Positions 12,585 to 24,584 of a stretch of 64,000 nt of DNA are shown one piece after another. Position numbers and translations under genes: made by a program. The notes below the pieces were generated by a model, which was not told the DNA's origin, made no database searches, and saw nothing but the letters and a program-made list of their open reading frames with translations. Source of the stretch: Amphiscolops sp. MND2022 (lineage: Eukaryota); the NCBI GenBank assembly GCA_964187785.1, contig OZ076409.1, forward strand, positions 94,180,001-94,244,000, given 5' to 3'. Within the stretch, counting starts at the first letter, position 1. Each line of letters begins with the position of its first letter.

Positions 12585-13401
12585 AAAATTGACGAAAAGC
12601 TAGTTAGTTTGCTAAATTGCAAAAACAAGCATGTTTAAAGCGCGTTGGCTGGCTTTATTGCAAGCATCGATTGATTCTTTTAATCCTGCAATCCTCACTT
12701 GCCTTATTAGGCAAATTGTCCCTACAAAATTCAAAGGGACAAATTGCCGAAAAAAATTCGGCAAATTGTCCTTCACTTTCGGCAACTTGGGTTTCGACAA
12801 ATTGTCCTTTACGTTCGGCAAATTGGGTTTCGGCAAATTGTCTTTCTGCAAATTGTCCCTAACCCCCCATACCAGCCAATATCCCAGTACACCAGTAACA
12901 AAAAAACCACCATCAAACTACTCATACCGGCCACTATAAAGAAGAAGATGAGATCATTTAACCTTCGGGATGTGGCAGTACAAATGACTTTCTCTCATTG
13001 ATTCCAGAACAAAGAAAATAGTATAATAGAATAGACACAGAAGGACCTAGCGTTTTCAAATACCAATGTTTTTGGCCGTCGGATACGCTCCTATTTCCTC
13101 TAGTGCCCCGCGGCCCCTTGGGCCGCTTATGTTCCCATCTTAAAAAATTAAAAAACAATTGACGAAAAGCTAGTTAGTTTGCTAAATTGCGAAAACAAGC
13201 ATGTTTAAAGCGCGCTGGAAGGCTTTATTGCAACCATCGATTGATTCTTGTATTCCTGCAAACCTCACTTGCCTTATTGTCCCTACAAAATTCAACGGGA
13301 CAATTTGCCGAAAAAAATTCGGCAACGTGTCCTTCACGTTCAGCAAATTGGGTTTCGCCAAATTGTCTTTCTGCAAATTGTCCCTAACCCCCCATACCAG
13401 C
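12585..13401. repeat. Local duplication of a GGCAAATTGTC-rich repeat (12585-12876 and 13155-13401)
   Basis: Both start ATTGACGAAAAGCTAGTTAGTTTGCTAAATTGC and end AAATTGTCCCTAACCCCCCATACCAGC. Confidence 0.85.
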
Positions 13402-13762
13402 GGTAGGCTGTAAATAGGTCGAATTTTTCTGGTCGAAAGGACAGAGGTCGAACCTTTTGATCGAATTGCAAGGATCGAATGGAATGCGGTCGAATTTTAT
13501 CGTATTTGTTGTAAGGCTCGGTCGCTTCGCTCCCTTCGCCAAGTAGCAACATTGAGGCATGGTCATATGGCACGTCGCTCCGCTTCGCTTCGCTCCTGCA
13601 TTCAGGGCACTAGGGGTATGTGAACATATCTGACTACGCTATAAAAATTTCGATCCGAAGTATTTCGATCCCATTCAAAAGTTTGGTATGTCGACCTGAG
13701 GACTAACTCTGATTTTCGATCCCGTTCTTTTGATCCCGTTCTTTCGATCCCGTTCCTTCGAC
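13401..13762. mobile_element. Left part of a second copy of the 340-bp MITE (right part at 52811-52893)
   Basis: Colinear with 12068-12388; stops where the LINE begins at 13764. Confidence 0.85.
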
Positions 13763-13763
13763 A

Positions 13764-16700
13764 GCCTAATTGTTGTGATAAACTTATTAAATAGTTTCCG
13801 GTTATATGAAAACTTGATGATGTGCACTGGTCTCCTCTTCCAACAGTGATGGGACAATTCAACTGGGTGGAACATGTGCTGTGGATCATGGACTCTTTTC
13901 TATTTGTCATGGATCGCAACAAACGAGGGACTGGATTCAATGTGAAAAATGTTCTCACTGGTTTCACTCTCAGTGTCTGAAAATACCAAAGGAAGTATTC
14001 GTTTACTTATCCTCGTCTGAAAATTTCTCGTATTTTTGCGATTCGTGTGTTAGCAAAAAATCAGCCTTTGATGACTCAACTCGAAATGCTAAACTAGATG
14101 AACTTAAAAAAGATTTCAAAACAATCGTCGAAAACGTTTCTCTGCCTTACTGAATCTTCGTGGGATGAATCTCCTTCAGACAAAACTTTTCTCACAGCTG
14201 CCTACTCAGTCATAGCAAAAGCCGTGCGTGAAATAAATCTGCATGGAGGTGTGGCTATTATGGCAAAAAAGAACTGGTTGCATAAAAAAAATGCTTCGAC
14301 AATACATTTTGCAGTGGTATATCGATTGATACCTATGGAATTGTTGTTTTATACAATCCTCCAAACCCTAGTGAGTATCGTGTATAATGTAGTCTCAAAT
14401 TGCTTATCCTCTGCCTATAATGTTCTCAGTAACGCTTCCATTGATAAAGTATTAATTATGGGCGATTTCAACTTACAAAACGAGGATTGGGCACAGTTCC
14501 CAGCAATCAGTACAGAATATTTCTGTGAAACCGAAAAATTCCTTACTTCTAAAATTTTCACCCAGCTTATAAAGGAACCAACCCACAAAGATGGTAATGT
14601 CCTCGACCTGGTATTTACAAACTATGACGAGCCTGAAGTTCTTGATAGTGAAAAACATCCAACTTTTTCCGATCATTTCAGCATATCTGCGGGTATCCCT
14701 AAGAACTCTGAAACAATGTACACACAAACTGACCTTAAGCAATACAGTCTCGCAGCAACCGACTTAAATTCGATTGACCTAACACTATTCTCGTTCGAAC
14801 TAGACCAAAATTCTGTCGACTTCATTGCGGACTGGCTGACTTCATTTCAAAACATTTTAAAACAGTTCTTAGTTAGCAAACGGCAAAAGCAAAAAATATT
14901 GCCGGATTACTTGAGCTCTCACAGTATTCATCTCTTCAACTGCCTCCAAACAGAATTAAAGCAACTAAATGGTCTCAACTTGAAAAATTATATGAAATAC
15001 AATAATATCTGTGAAGAACTTGAAAGTTCTACTGAGTTGGACACAAATGTATTCCTCGACAAGTTTTGTGCCGTAAATGGTGACGTAAATGATTGTTACA
15101 AACTGATTAGAAAACTAAAAATTTCCGACATTCCGAAGACAATGATTGATCCCAAAACAAAAAAAAATTACCGGTAGTTCCAAAATTGCAAACGCCTTCA
15201 ATCAGTATTTTGGATCAGTATTCAATGCTTTTGACGATACATTCACCGATTTTATTGATGATGTACTGAATGATGTAGAACTATCTACCGAAACTGCAAA
15301 AGAGGCTCTAGATTTATCAACTGATGGCATTGGCCCTGATGGTATTCATGGTCAAATTTTACGAAAGTGTTCAAACAGTCTTTCAATACATTTCTACAAC
15401 CTATCAAAGGTTATCGCAGAAACTGGAGTGTATCCAATATCCTCAAAAAACCCATTATCACACCTATATTCCGAAAGGGATTGAAAAATGAGATAGCCAA
15501 CTACCGTCCAATTGCTTCTTTGAGCAAACTTTCACTCGCATTTGAAAGAATTCTTCTCAGGAGCATTTCCAAGCATCTACAGGACAAACTATCCTCCCAT
15601 CAATTTGGTTTTCGAAAACCCCAATCATGTGTCATCCAGTTACAGTTGTTCTTTGATAAAAACTTTGAGTGGATCGATTCCAAAGAAAAAGCCTTTGCAA
15701 TCTATTTGGATTATTCTAAAGCATTTGATCGAGTATCTCATTCTATACTAATGCAAAAACTGCGATCTCTGGGTCTGAGTGGATCTCTACTCAAACTAAT
15801 AGCTTCATATTTGCAAAACCCAGTGCAACAAGTTAAAAGTGAAATTTGTCAATCAGAAGAGTGTCCTATTACAAGTGGTGTGCCCCAAGGCTCAGTGGTC
15901 GGCCCGCTTTTCTTCATTGCGTTTATAAATGACCTGCCCGAGAATTGTGAGTGTGTTCCATTTCTATTCGCTGACGACCTTAAACTGGCAAGTTCATCTC
16001 TGATTGAGCTTCAGAACAATTTGTTATCATTAATGAAGTGGAGTGAAGAAAATAAACTCGACTTTAACTTGCAGAAGACGAAATTATTACACTCCAGTAT
16101 ATCAAAGATGCAATGTGATAACCTTGTCCTACACATGGGAGAAAATGATATCTATCCTATAACAAAGAGTATTCGTGATCTTGGTGTCTGGGTCTCTCCA
16201 AATCTAACATGGACCGATCACATAAATATTAAAATAGCAAATTGTTATAAACACCTACCCATGTTACGTCGGAACCTTCCTAAAATGCTAAACCCTGACA
16301 TGAAATTTAAATTGTACCGCATCTACATTTTACCCGCACTTGCTTATGCTTCAAGTGTTTGACATCCGAACAGAAGAACCTCGAAAAAATACAAAGGCTG
16401 CAGCGGATCTGTTTCAAGTGGATTGACTATAGGTGCTCATTTCATCAGTTTCTTGACAAATATCACCATTTACCGATCTCTTTACATCTTCAAATGCAGG
16501 ATCTGCTACTGTTCTACAAGATCACAATTGGCCTTTATGACTTCACCATAAGGGATTATGTCTGTTCAAATCAACACAACAATAATTATGAGCTCAGAAG
16601 TAACACCAAAAATATTTTCATGTCTGACTACACACGTTTTAACTTTAAAGTGTACACGGGAATTTTTCTTCAATCGAATCATCAAACTTAGCAATTTTGT

Positions 16701-16902
16701 ACAATAAGAATACAACATTAAACTGCCAAACCACCCTGCCGCATTTGAATCCGATCTAAAGAGAATTTACTGGAATCACTACAAAACTAAATATGAAGGT
16801 AGTGGCTGTAAAATGTTCCTGAAATGTAGCTGTTGTTAAAAAAAACTGTACATGTTATCATCAAATGTTTCTCTTGTGTTGACTAGAATCAATTCAGTCT
16901 TT
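13764..16902 (+). mobile_element. Decayed CR1/L2-like LINE (PHD-APE-RT), followed directly by (TAG)n
   Basis: WIQCEKCSHWFHSQC..YFCDSC (PHD); CLTESSW, HGGVAI, IMGDFN, PTHKDGNVLDLVFTN, SDH (APE); NYRPIASL, QFGF, YLDYSKAFDRVSH, SGVPQGSVVGPLFF, FADD, RDLGV (RT); frameshifts near 15170, 15440, 16360. Confidence 0.92.
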
Positions 16903-18020
<1,118 letters not shown>

Positions 18021-19370
18021 TACTCCGAGAATCCAAATTGCACCCCTTGATTTCAATCGACAGTCCGATTTGCACAAAACCCCCCTGCAAATTGGCCGTG
18101 CAATTTGGCATCCATGGTTTAAGCATCTTCCCGAAAGAGTTGGAGAAAAATTTTTTACCAAACATCCAAAACGGTCAAAAAACGCTCATTCATGCAATAA
18201 AAGTTGACTTTCGTGACCTCATAGTTAGCGACTCGCCGTCGAGTTCAAAAGGTCGAGGCCAGATTGCACCAACTCTGCGAGATGAAAACGAAGCCAGTTT
18301 GCACACAAGAAAATGTTGTTAAAGAATTGCAAGTTGAAAAAATGTCGGGCTAAAGTGAAAGTTGTGATCAAAAATCACAACATTGAAACTTTGACACCCA
18401 TTATAATGTAATTTTAAAGAGGCTCTCAGTTAGGGGATCACATAGTGTCACCCATAACAAGACCCACACCGAGAACGTGGCCTCTGTAGGGTCTCATTGA
18501 AACAATCAAATTAATTCCCAAAAACAAACAGTCAAACTTCTTTATATTCGAATGGTGTCCATGTCGACATAATGGTATTTGAACCTTCTCTATTATTTCC
18601 CCCTGCCGCAGTTTTGGGGGGGGGGGATAAATGACATACACTCTGAAATTTTTTTGTGTCTAATAATAATAATAATAATATAAATATATAATAATATTAA
18701 TAATAAGTTAATCGGGGTTAGGGGGGTTTGGTTCTCGGGTTCTTATATAAATATATACATTTTATAAAACAAATTTCATATAAAAATTATTGATTATGTA
18801 TATATAATAACTTACTATTATTAATAAGATATGTTATTATATTTTACCTGGTGATGAATTCACAAGCATGAACAAGCTAAAAACTTTTACATCAGTTTGT
18901 ATTTTTTTGAAATTTCCCCCACAAAGGTTCAGGGACCATGTGTTCAATCCCCCCCATCCCCCCAAAAAAATAATTCCTTTCGAATTAAGCCCCCATAATA
19001 TGTTCATTTTGTATTTTTATAAATGTTTTCAGATAATTTTCTAGTTAACTTCTAATGCTCAATTTTGATTGGCTACCGCATCTGCCAATCTGAAATCAGT
19101 TATTTGATTTTATATTTTGTCACATACGTTATTATTTGTACAAAACAATATGTCGACATCGTTTGCGTTGGAAACTTGATCCAATAAAATAAAATATTTT
19201 GGTGGAAGTCGTTATCTAAAATATTTTTGCCTTGAGTTTCTGCTTTTGAATAAGGAAAATGAAAAACTAAAAATCCTATTTTCAGACAATTTTTTGAATT
19301 TTTTTTGTTAAACTTTATGTGTGAGAACATTATTTGATTCTCCTGTATTATTTGTACAAACCTGTACAAA

Positions 19371-20040
19371 CCCCCTATCTGTATCTTTCCTGTGTGTGGA
19401 GAAATTAACAAAATAATTTCAAAGAAAGTTCAGAAAATAGGAAATTTTCATGTGTTTTCTGAAAAAACATCAATAAAAGTTTTTAAAAGAAAATTTCCAG
19501 GTTGGGGGGTTCTACTTCCCAGGTGCTGCATTTAATGACGAATCGAATGGTACCAACCCCCCATCTGTATCTTTCCTGTGTGTGGAGAAATTAACAAAAT
19601 AATTTCAAAGAAAGTTCAGAAAATAGGAAATTTTTATGTGTTTTCTGAAAAAACATCAATAAAAGTTATCAAAACAAAATTTCCACGTTGGGGGGTTCTA
19701 CTTCCCAGGTGCTGCATTCAATGACAAATCGAATGGTACCAACCCCCCATCTGTATCTTTCCTGTGTGAGGAGAAATTAACAATATAATTTCAAAAAAAG
19801 TTCAGAAAATAGGAAACTTACATGTGTTTTCTGAAAAAACGTCAATAAAAGTTATTAAAACAAAATTTCCAGGTTGGGGGGTTCTACTTCCCAGGTGCTG
19901 CATTTAATGACGAATCGAATGGTACCAACCCCCTATCTGTATCTTTTCTGTGTGAGGAGAAATTAACAAAATAATTTCAAAAAAAGTTCAGAAAATAGGA
20001 TATTTTTATGTGTTTTCTGAAAAACATCAATAAAAGTTTT
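19371..20040 (-). repeat. 186-bp satellite array 1 (~3.6 copies in type A, ~2.6 in type B), inverted relative to arrays 2 and 3
   Basis: Period 186; its reverse complement matches the GGTTGGTACCATTCGATT...AGAACCCCCCAACCTGG...CATGAAA...AATTTCTCCACACACA monomer of the downstream arrays. Confidence 0.93.
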
Positions 20041-20077
20041 CAACATCAATAAGCTTAAGTTTTTCAACATCAATCAG

Positions 20078-20173
20078 CAGTGAGTGTATGCAGTGGTGGT
20101 GACGTCAACCACGTGTTCAGTTCAGCGCCTCACACACACAGAACGTGACGTAATGATCACTAATACACACGTG
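20078..20173 (+). promoter_or_regulatory. Putative promoter of hairpin cassette 1 (CRE/ATF and E-box motifs)
   Basis: CAGTGAGTGTATGCAGT (20078), TGACGTCA (20100), CACGTG (20110, 20168), TGACGTAAT (20146); most of these motifs recur upstream of hairpin 2. Confidence 0.5.
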
Positions 20174-20207
20174 GCGGCTGTGTGAGGATTATACATTGAG
20201 TAATGGT

Positions 20208-20379
20208 GAAGTGGGACAAGAGCGGTCTCAGATGCACAATCTCCACGTGGTTCAACCTTGATGACCTCGAGGCACAACTGCATGAAATACAGTAGTGATT
20301 CCATGCAGTTATGCCTCGAGGGTCACCAAGGTTGAACCACGTGGAGATTGTGCATCTGAGACCGCTCTGGTCCCACTTC
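20208..20379. ncRNA. Candidate long hairpin RNA H1 (172 nt, ~80-bp stem); copies at 28629-28800, 38144-38315, 46523-46694
   Basis: GAAGTGGGAC...CATGAAAT pairs with ATTCCATG...GTCCCACTTC with 4 mismatches and one bulge; loop region ACAGTAGTG. Transcription is inferred. Confidence 0.65.
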
Positions 20380-20584
20380 TATACGAATCCGAATATGCCA
20401 TTAAAAATTGTCTAACCCTCTTAGTTTCCGATTTAATATTTTAATATTTAAAACATACTTTGAACGCTGAAGTTCAGCTTGTCAATCATTCAATTTGACA
20501 ACATTGCTTTCACACATTCGAGTGTCACAGAACTTTCACACTTTTTTCACAACTACTTTCTGAAAACTTTTTAAAATTGTTTCG

Positions 20585-21373
20585 TTAAATTCTCTACATA
20601 CAAGAAAGATACAGATGGCGGGTTAGTACCATTCGATTCGTCATTGAATGCAGTACCTGAGAAGTAGACCCCCCAGCCTGGGAATTTTGTTTTAATAACT
20701 TTTTTTGATGTTCTTTCAAAAATAACATGAAAATTTCATTTTTTCTGAATATTTTTTGAAAGTATTTTGTTAAATTCTCTACATACAAGAAAGATACAGG
20801 TGGGGGGTAGGTACCATTCGATTTGCCCTTGAATCCACTACCTTGGAAGTAGACCCCTAGCCTGGGAATTTTGTTTTAATAACTTTTTTTGATGTTCTTT
20901 CAAAAATAACATGAAAATTTCATATTTTCTGAATATTTTTTGAAAATATTTTGTTAAATTCTCTACATACAAGAAAGATACAGGTGGGGGGTAGGTACCA
21001 TTCGATTTGCCATTGAATCCACTACCTTGGAAGTAGAACCCCCCAGCCTGGGAATTTTGTTTAATAACTTTTTTTGATGTTCTTTCAAAAATAACATGAA
21101 AATTTCATATTTTCTGAATATTTTTTTAAAGTATTTTGTTAAATTCTCTACATACAAGAAAGATACAGGTGGGGGTAGGTACCATTCGATTTGCCATTGA
21201 ATCCACTACCTGGAAAGTAGAACCCCCCAGCCTGGGAATTTTGTTTAATAACTTTTTTTGATGTTCTTTCAAAAATAACATGAAAATTTCATATTTTCTG
21301 AATATTTTTTGAAAGTATTTTGTTAAATTCTCTACATACAAGAAAGTTACAGGTGGGGGGTAGGTACCATTCG
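20585..21373 (+). repeat. ~185-bp satellite array 2 (~4.3 copies)
   Basis: TTAAATTCTCTACATACAAGAAAG recurs every 184-185 bp. Confidence 0.93.
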
Positions 21374-21432
21374 AGAAACAGATGAATTCGTTTCATGGTT
21401 ATGAATTAGAAATGAGAAATAATTGATATGCT

Positions 21433-22055
21433 ATAATAAGAATCAAAACACTAACCTGGGGGGTAGCTGCAGCTACCCCCCCAGGTTAGTATTTTAATTC
21501 CTATTATTCTTAGTATTTTAAGAATTTTTAATTAGTATTTTTAGTATTTTTATTATTTTAATTCTTATTTAGTATTTCAGAAATACTAAATACTATTTCC
21601 AACTTGGGGAATTGATTTCAAATAAATTTGAATGGTGTCTACCCAAGTTGGAAATATTATTTAGCATTTCTGAAATACGCACCGAATTTGAAGAACCTGC
21701 TGAATTTAAATGAAACTAACAGTACACCTCGTCTAGCAAAGATTTTCTCAAACCATTGGAATTTCCAAATAGCAGAAATCCACGTTTGGAACATGCTAAA
21801 TTTGTATAAAATGGCCCCTATTTCAATGTAAATTTTCTCTGTAATAATTTGTTTCATTTCTTAGAAGCGAAAATGTTTTCACACATTGAAAGTGAGAAAG
21901 AAATGACTGGTATACTAGGTGAACCAAAAAAAACGGAACGCACAAATTAGTATATTATTCGTTCACCTAGTATAAAATACCAAAATATTATATATAATGC
22001 TGTTTTGAACTAGTTCAAAACAGCATTATATATAATATATTGGTATTTTATACTA
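21433..22055. repeat. Cluster of palindromes and inverted repeats
   Basis: 21433-21507 palindrome centred on CTGCAG; 21573-21677 with 36-bp arms; TATACTAGGTGAAC/GTTCACCTAGTATA at 21911-21974; 21968-22055 palindrome centred on ACTAGT. Confidence 0.9.
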
Positions 22056-22319
22056 ATATATAAAAGCAACTGTATATTTATAAAAGCAGCTGCTTCTTTA
22101 TTGGTCGAGAGTACCAAAGTTCTTACCTCAGGAAGGAAACTCCCTTTCAAAATACAGTAAAGAATGAAAAAGCCCCTTCAAAAAATGAATGAGCCCGCCA
22201 TGGATAAATGAATAATGAGCGTGGTCCATGATTCTTGAAGTAATTCGAGAAAATAGAACAAGAATACTTGATTTCAAACCAGAATATAATTAATAGCAAG
22301 TTGTAGTTGAAAGTAAATG

Positions 22320-22496
22320 AAGTAGCAGTATGTATGCAGTACACAGTATATGCAGTTAATGTACAGTGAATGTATGCAGTACACAGTATATGGCGTCACT
22401 TTTCGTTCACGGCTGTACTGCATAAACTATGCGTAATGACGTAATCAAACACAAGCCGTACAGTCAGTGCAGTGTGTGCTGAACTGAACACGTGGT
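22320..22496 (+). promoter_or_regulatory. Putative promoter of hairpin cassette 2
   Basis: Repeated TATGCAGT, CAGTGAATGTATGCAGT (22364), TGACGTAAT (22437), GCTGAACTGAACACGTGGT (22478; exact reverse complement of 20108-20126). Confidence 0.5.
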
Positions 22497-22534
22497 GTAT
22501 TACTTGTAGAAGGTGAGTCAGGTTCAACATCGAA

Positions 22535-22706
22535 GAAGTGGATTCAAGGTGAGTGTGGCTGCAAAGTCTCCCCTGGGTTCATCATTTGTTGACCCGCGAA
22601 GACAATTGCTCAAATACAGTAGTGATTTGAGCAATTGTCCTTCGCGGGTCAACAAATGATGAACCAAGGGGAGATTGTGCAGCCGAACTCACCCTGAATC
22701 AACTTC
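22535..22706. ncRNA. Candidate long hairpin RNA H2 (172 nt), paralog of H1; copies at 30955-31126, 40471-40642, 48843-49014
   Basis: GAAGTGGATTC...GCTCAAAT pairs with ATTTGAGC...GAATCAACTTC with 7 non-Watson-Crick positions and one bulge; same AAATACAGTAGTGATT loop region as H1. Transcription is inferred. Confidence 0.65.
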
Positions 22707-23036
22707 TATACGAGTTCAAATATGTCATTAAAAATCTTCTAACTATCTTTGTTTACGATTTAATATTTTCATATTTAAAACATATTTATTTGAAGTTTAA
22801 TATATATTATACTATTTACATTATATCATATATAATATATCATATATATCAAAATCATATAATGCCGTAACAAATATATATCAAAATCATATATATCAAA
22901 ATCATATAAGGCCGTAACAAAACTGTTACGGCCACCAAAGTGGCCACCGATGGAACTGTGGTGGAAAATCGGTGGCCACCGATGGATTTCCCTGGGTTGC
23001 CAACTCGGGTATTTACATAATTTCTATGTTGTCAGA

Positions 23037-24405
23037 TTTATTTTGCTAATTTCTCCACACACAGAAAAGATACAGATGGGGGGTTGGTACCATTCGATTT
23101 GTAATTGAATGCAGTACCTGGAAAATAGAACCCCCCAACCTGGGAATTTTGTTTTGATATATTTTTTTGACGTTTTTTCAAAAATAACATGAAATTTTCC
23201 CTAATTTCTGAAACATTTTTGAAATTATTTTGGTAATTTCTCAACACACAAGAATGATACCGATGGGGGGTTGGTACCATTCGATTTGTATATGAATGCA
23301 GTACCTGGAAATTAGAACCCCCTAACCTGGAAATTTTGTTTTGATATATTTTTATGACGTTTTTTCAAAAATAACATGAAATTTTCCTATTTTCTGAAAC
23401 ATTTTTGAAATTATTTTGGTAATTTCTCCACACACAAGAAAGATACCGATGAGGGGTTGGTATCATTCGATTTGTAATTGAATGCAGTACCTGGAAAATA
23501 GAACCCCGCAACCTGTGAATTTTGTTTTGATATATTTTTTTGACGTTTTTTCAAAAATAACATGAAATTTTCCTATTTTCTGAAACATTTTTGAAATTAT
23601 TTTGGTAATTTCTCAACACACAAGAATGATACCGATGGGGGGTTGGTACCATTCGATTTGTATATGAATGCAGTACCTGGAAAATAGAACCCCCTAACCT
23701 GGGAATTTTGTTTTGATATATTTTTATGACGTTTTTTCAAAAATAACATGAAATTTTCCTATTTTCTGAAACATTTTTGAAATTATTTTGGTAGTTTCTC
23801 CACACACAAGAAAGATACCGATGGGGGGTTGGTATCATTCGATTTGTAATTGAATGCAGTACCTGGAAAATAGAACCCCGCAACCTGTGAATTTTGTTTT
23901 GATATATTTTTTTGACGTTTTTTCAAAAATAACATGAAATTCTCCTATTTTCTGAAACATTTTTGAAATTATTTTAGTAATTTCTCCACACACAAGAAAG
24001 ATACCGATGGGGGGTTGGTACCATTCGATTTATAATTGAATGCAGTACCTGGAAAACAGAACCCCCTAACCTGGGAATTTTGTTTTGATATATTTTTATG
24101 ACGTTTTTTCAAAAATAACATGAAATTTTCCTATTTTCTGAAACATTTTTGAAATTATTTTGGTAATTTCTCCACACACAAGAAAGATACCGATGGGGGG
24201 TTGGTACCATTCGATTTGTAATTGAATGCAGTACCTGGAAAATAGAACCCCCCAACCTGGGAATTTTTTTTGATATATTTTTTTGACTTGTTTTCAAAAA
24301 TAACATGAATTTTTCCTATTTTCTGAAACATTTTCGAAATTATTTTGGTAATTTCTCCACACACAAGAAAGATACCGATGGGGGGTTGGTACCGTTTGAT
24401 TTGTC
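23037..24405 (+). repeat. ~187-bp satellite array 3 (~7.3 copies)
   Basis: AATTTCTCCACACACAAGAAAGATACCGATGGGGGG recurs every ~187 bp. Confidence 0.93.
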
Positions 24406-24411
24406 AATGAA

Positions 24412-24581
24412 AGCAATCCCGTGACTAACGCCGAAACTGCAATCCCGTGAGTAACGTCGAAAGAGCAATTCCGTGACTAACGTCGAAACAGCAATCCCGT
24501 GACTAACGCCGAAACAGCAATCCCGTGAGTGACGTCGAAAGAGCAATTCCGTGACTAACGTCGAAACAGCTATTCCGTGAC
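24412..24581. repeat. 26-bp minisatellite x6.5 with a 78-bp higher-order period
   Basis: AGCAATYCCGTGASTAACGYCGAAAS monomers; variants repeat in threes. Confidence 0.9.
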
Positions 24582-24584
24582 CAA

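Noticed and set aside
20203..20295. 30-aa ORF MVKWDKSG...HEIQ* on the H1 left arm, and the EPRGDCA (RGD) peptide shared by H1/H2 right arms and the minus ORF 20122-20304
   Set aside because: H2 has no equivalent ATG, has an in-frame TGA and a 1-nt indel; the similarity is explained by nucleotide conservation of the stem
20208..22706. Hairpin arms as antisense guides to the transposons in this window
   Set aside because: No convincing match found by eye; this needs a computational search and is not claimed
24412..24581. CRISPR-like appearance of the short repeats
   Set aside because: Contiguous 26-bp monomers without unique spacers, no cas genes, eukaryotic context
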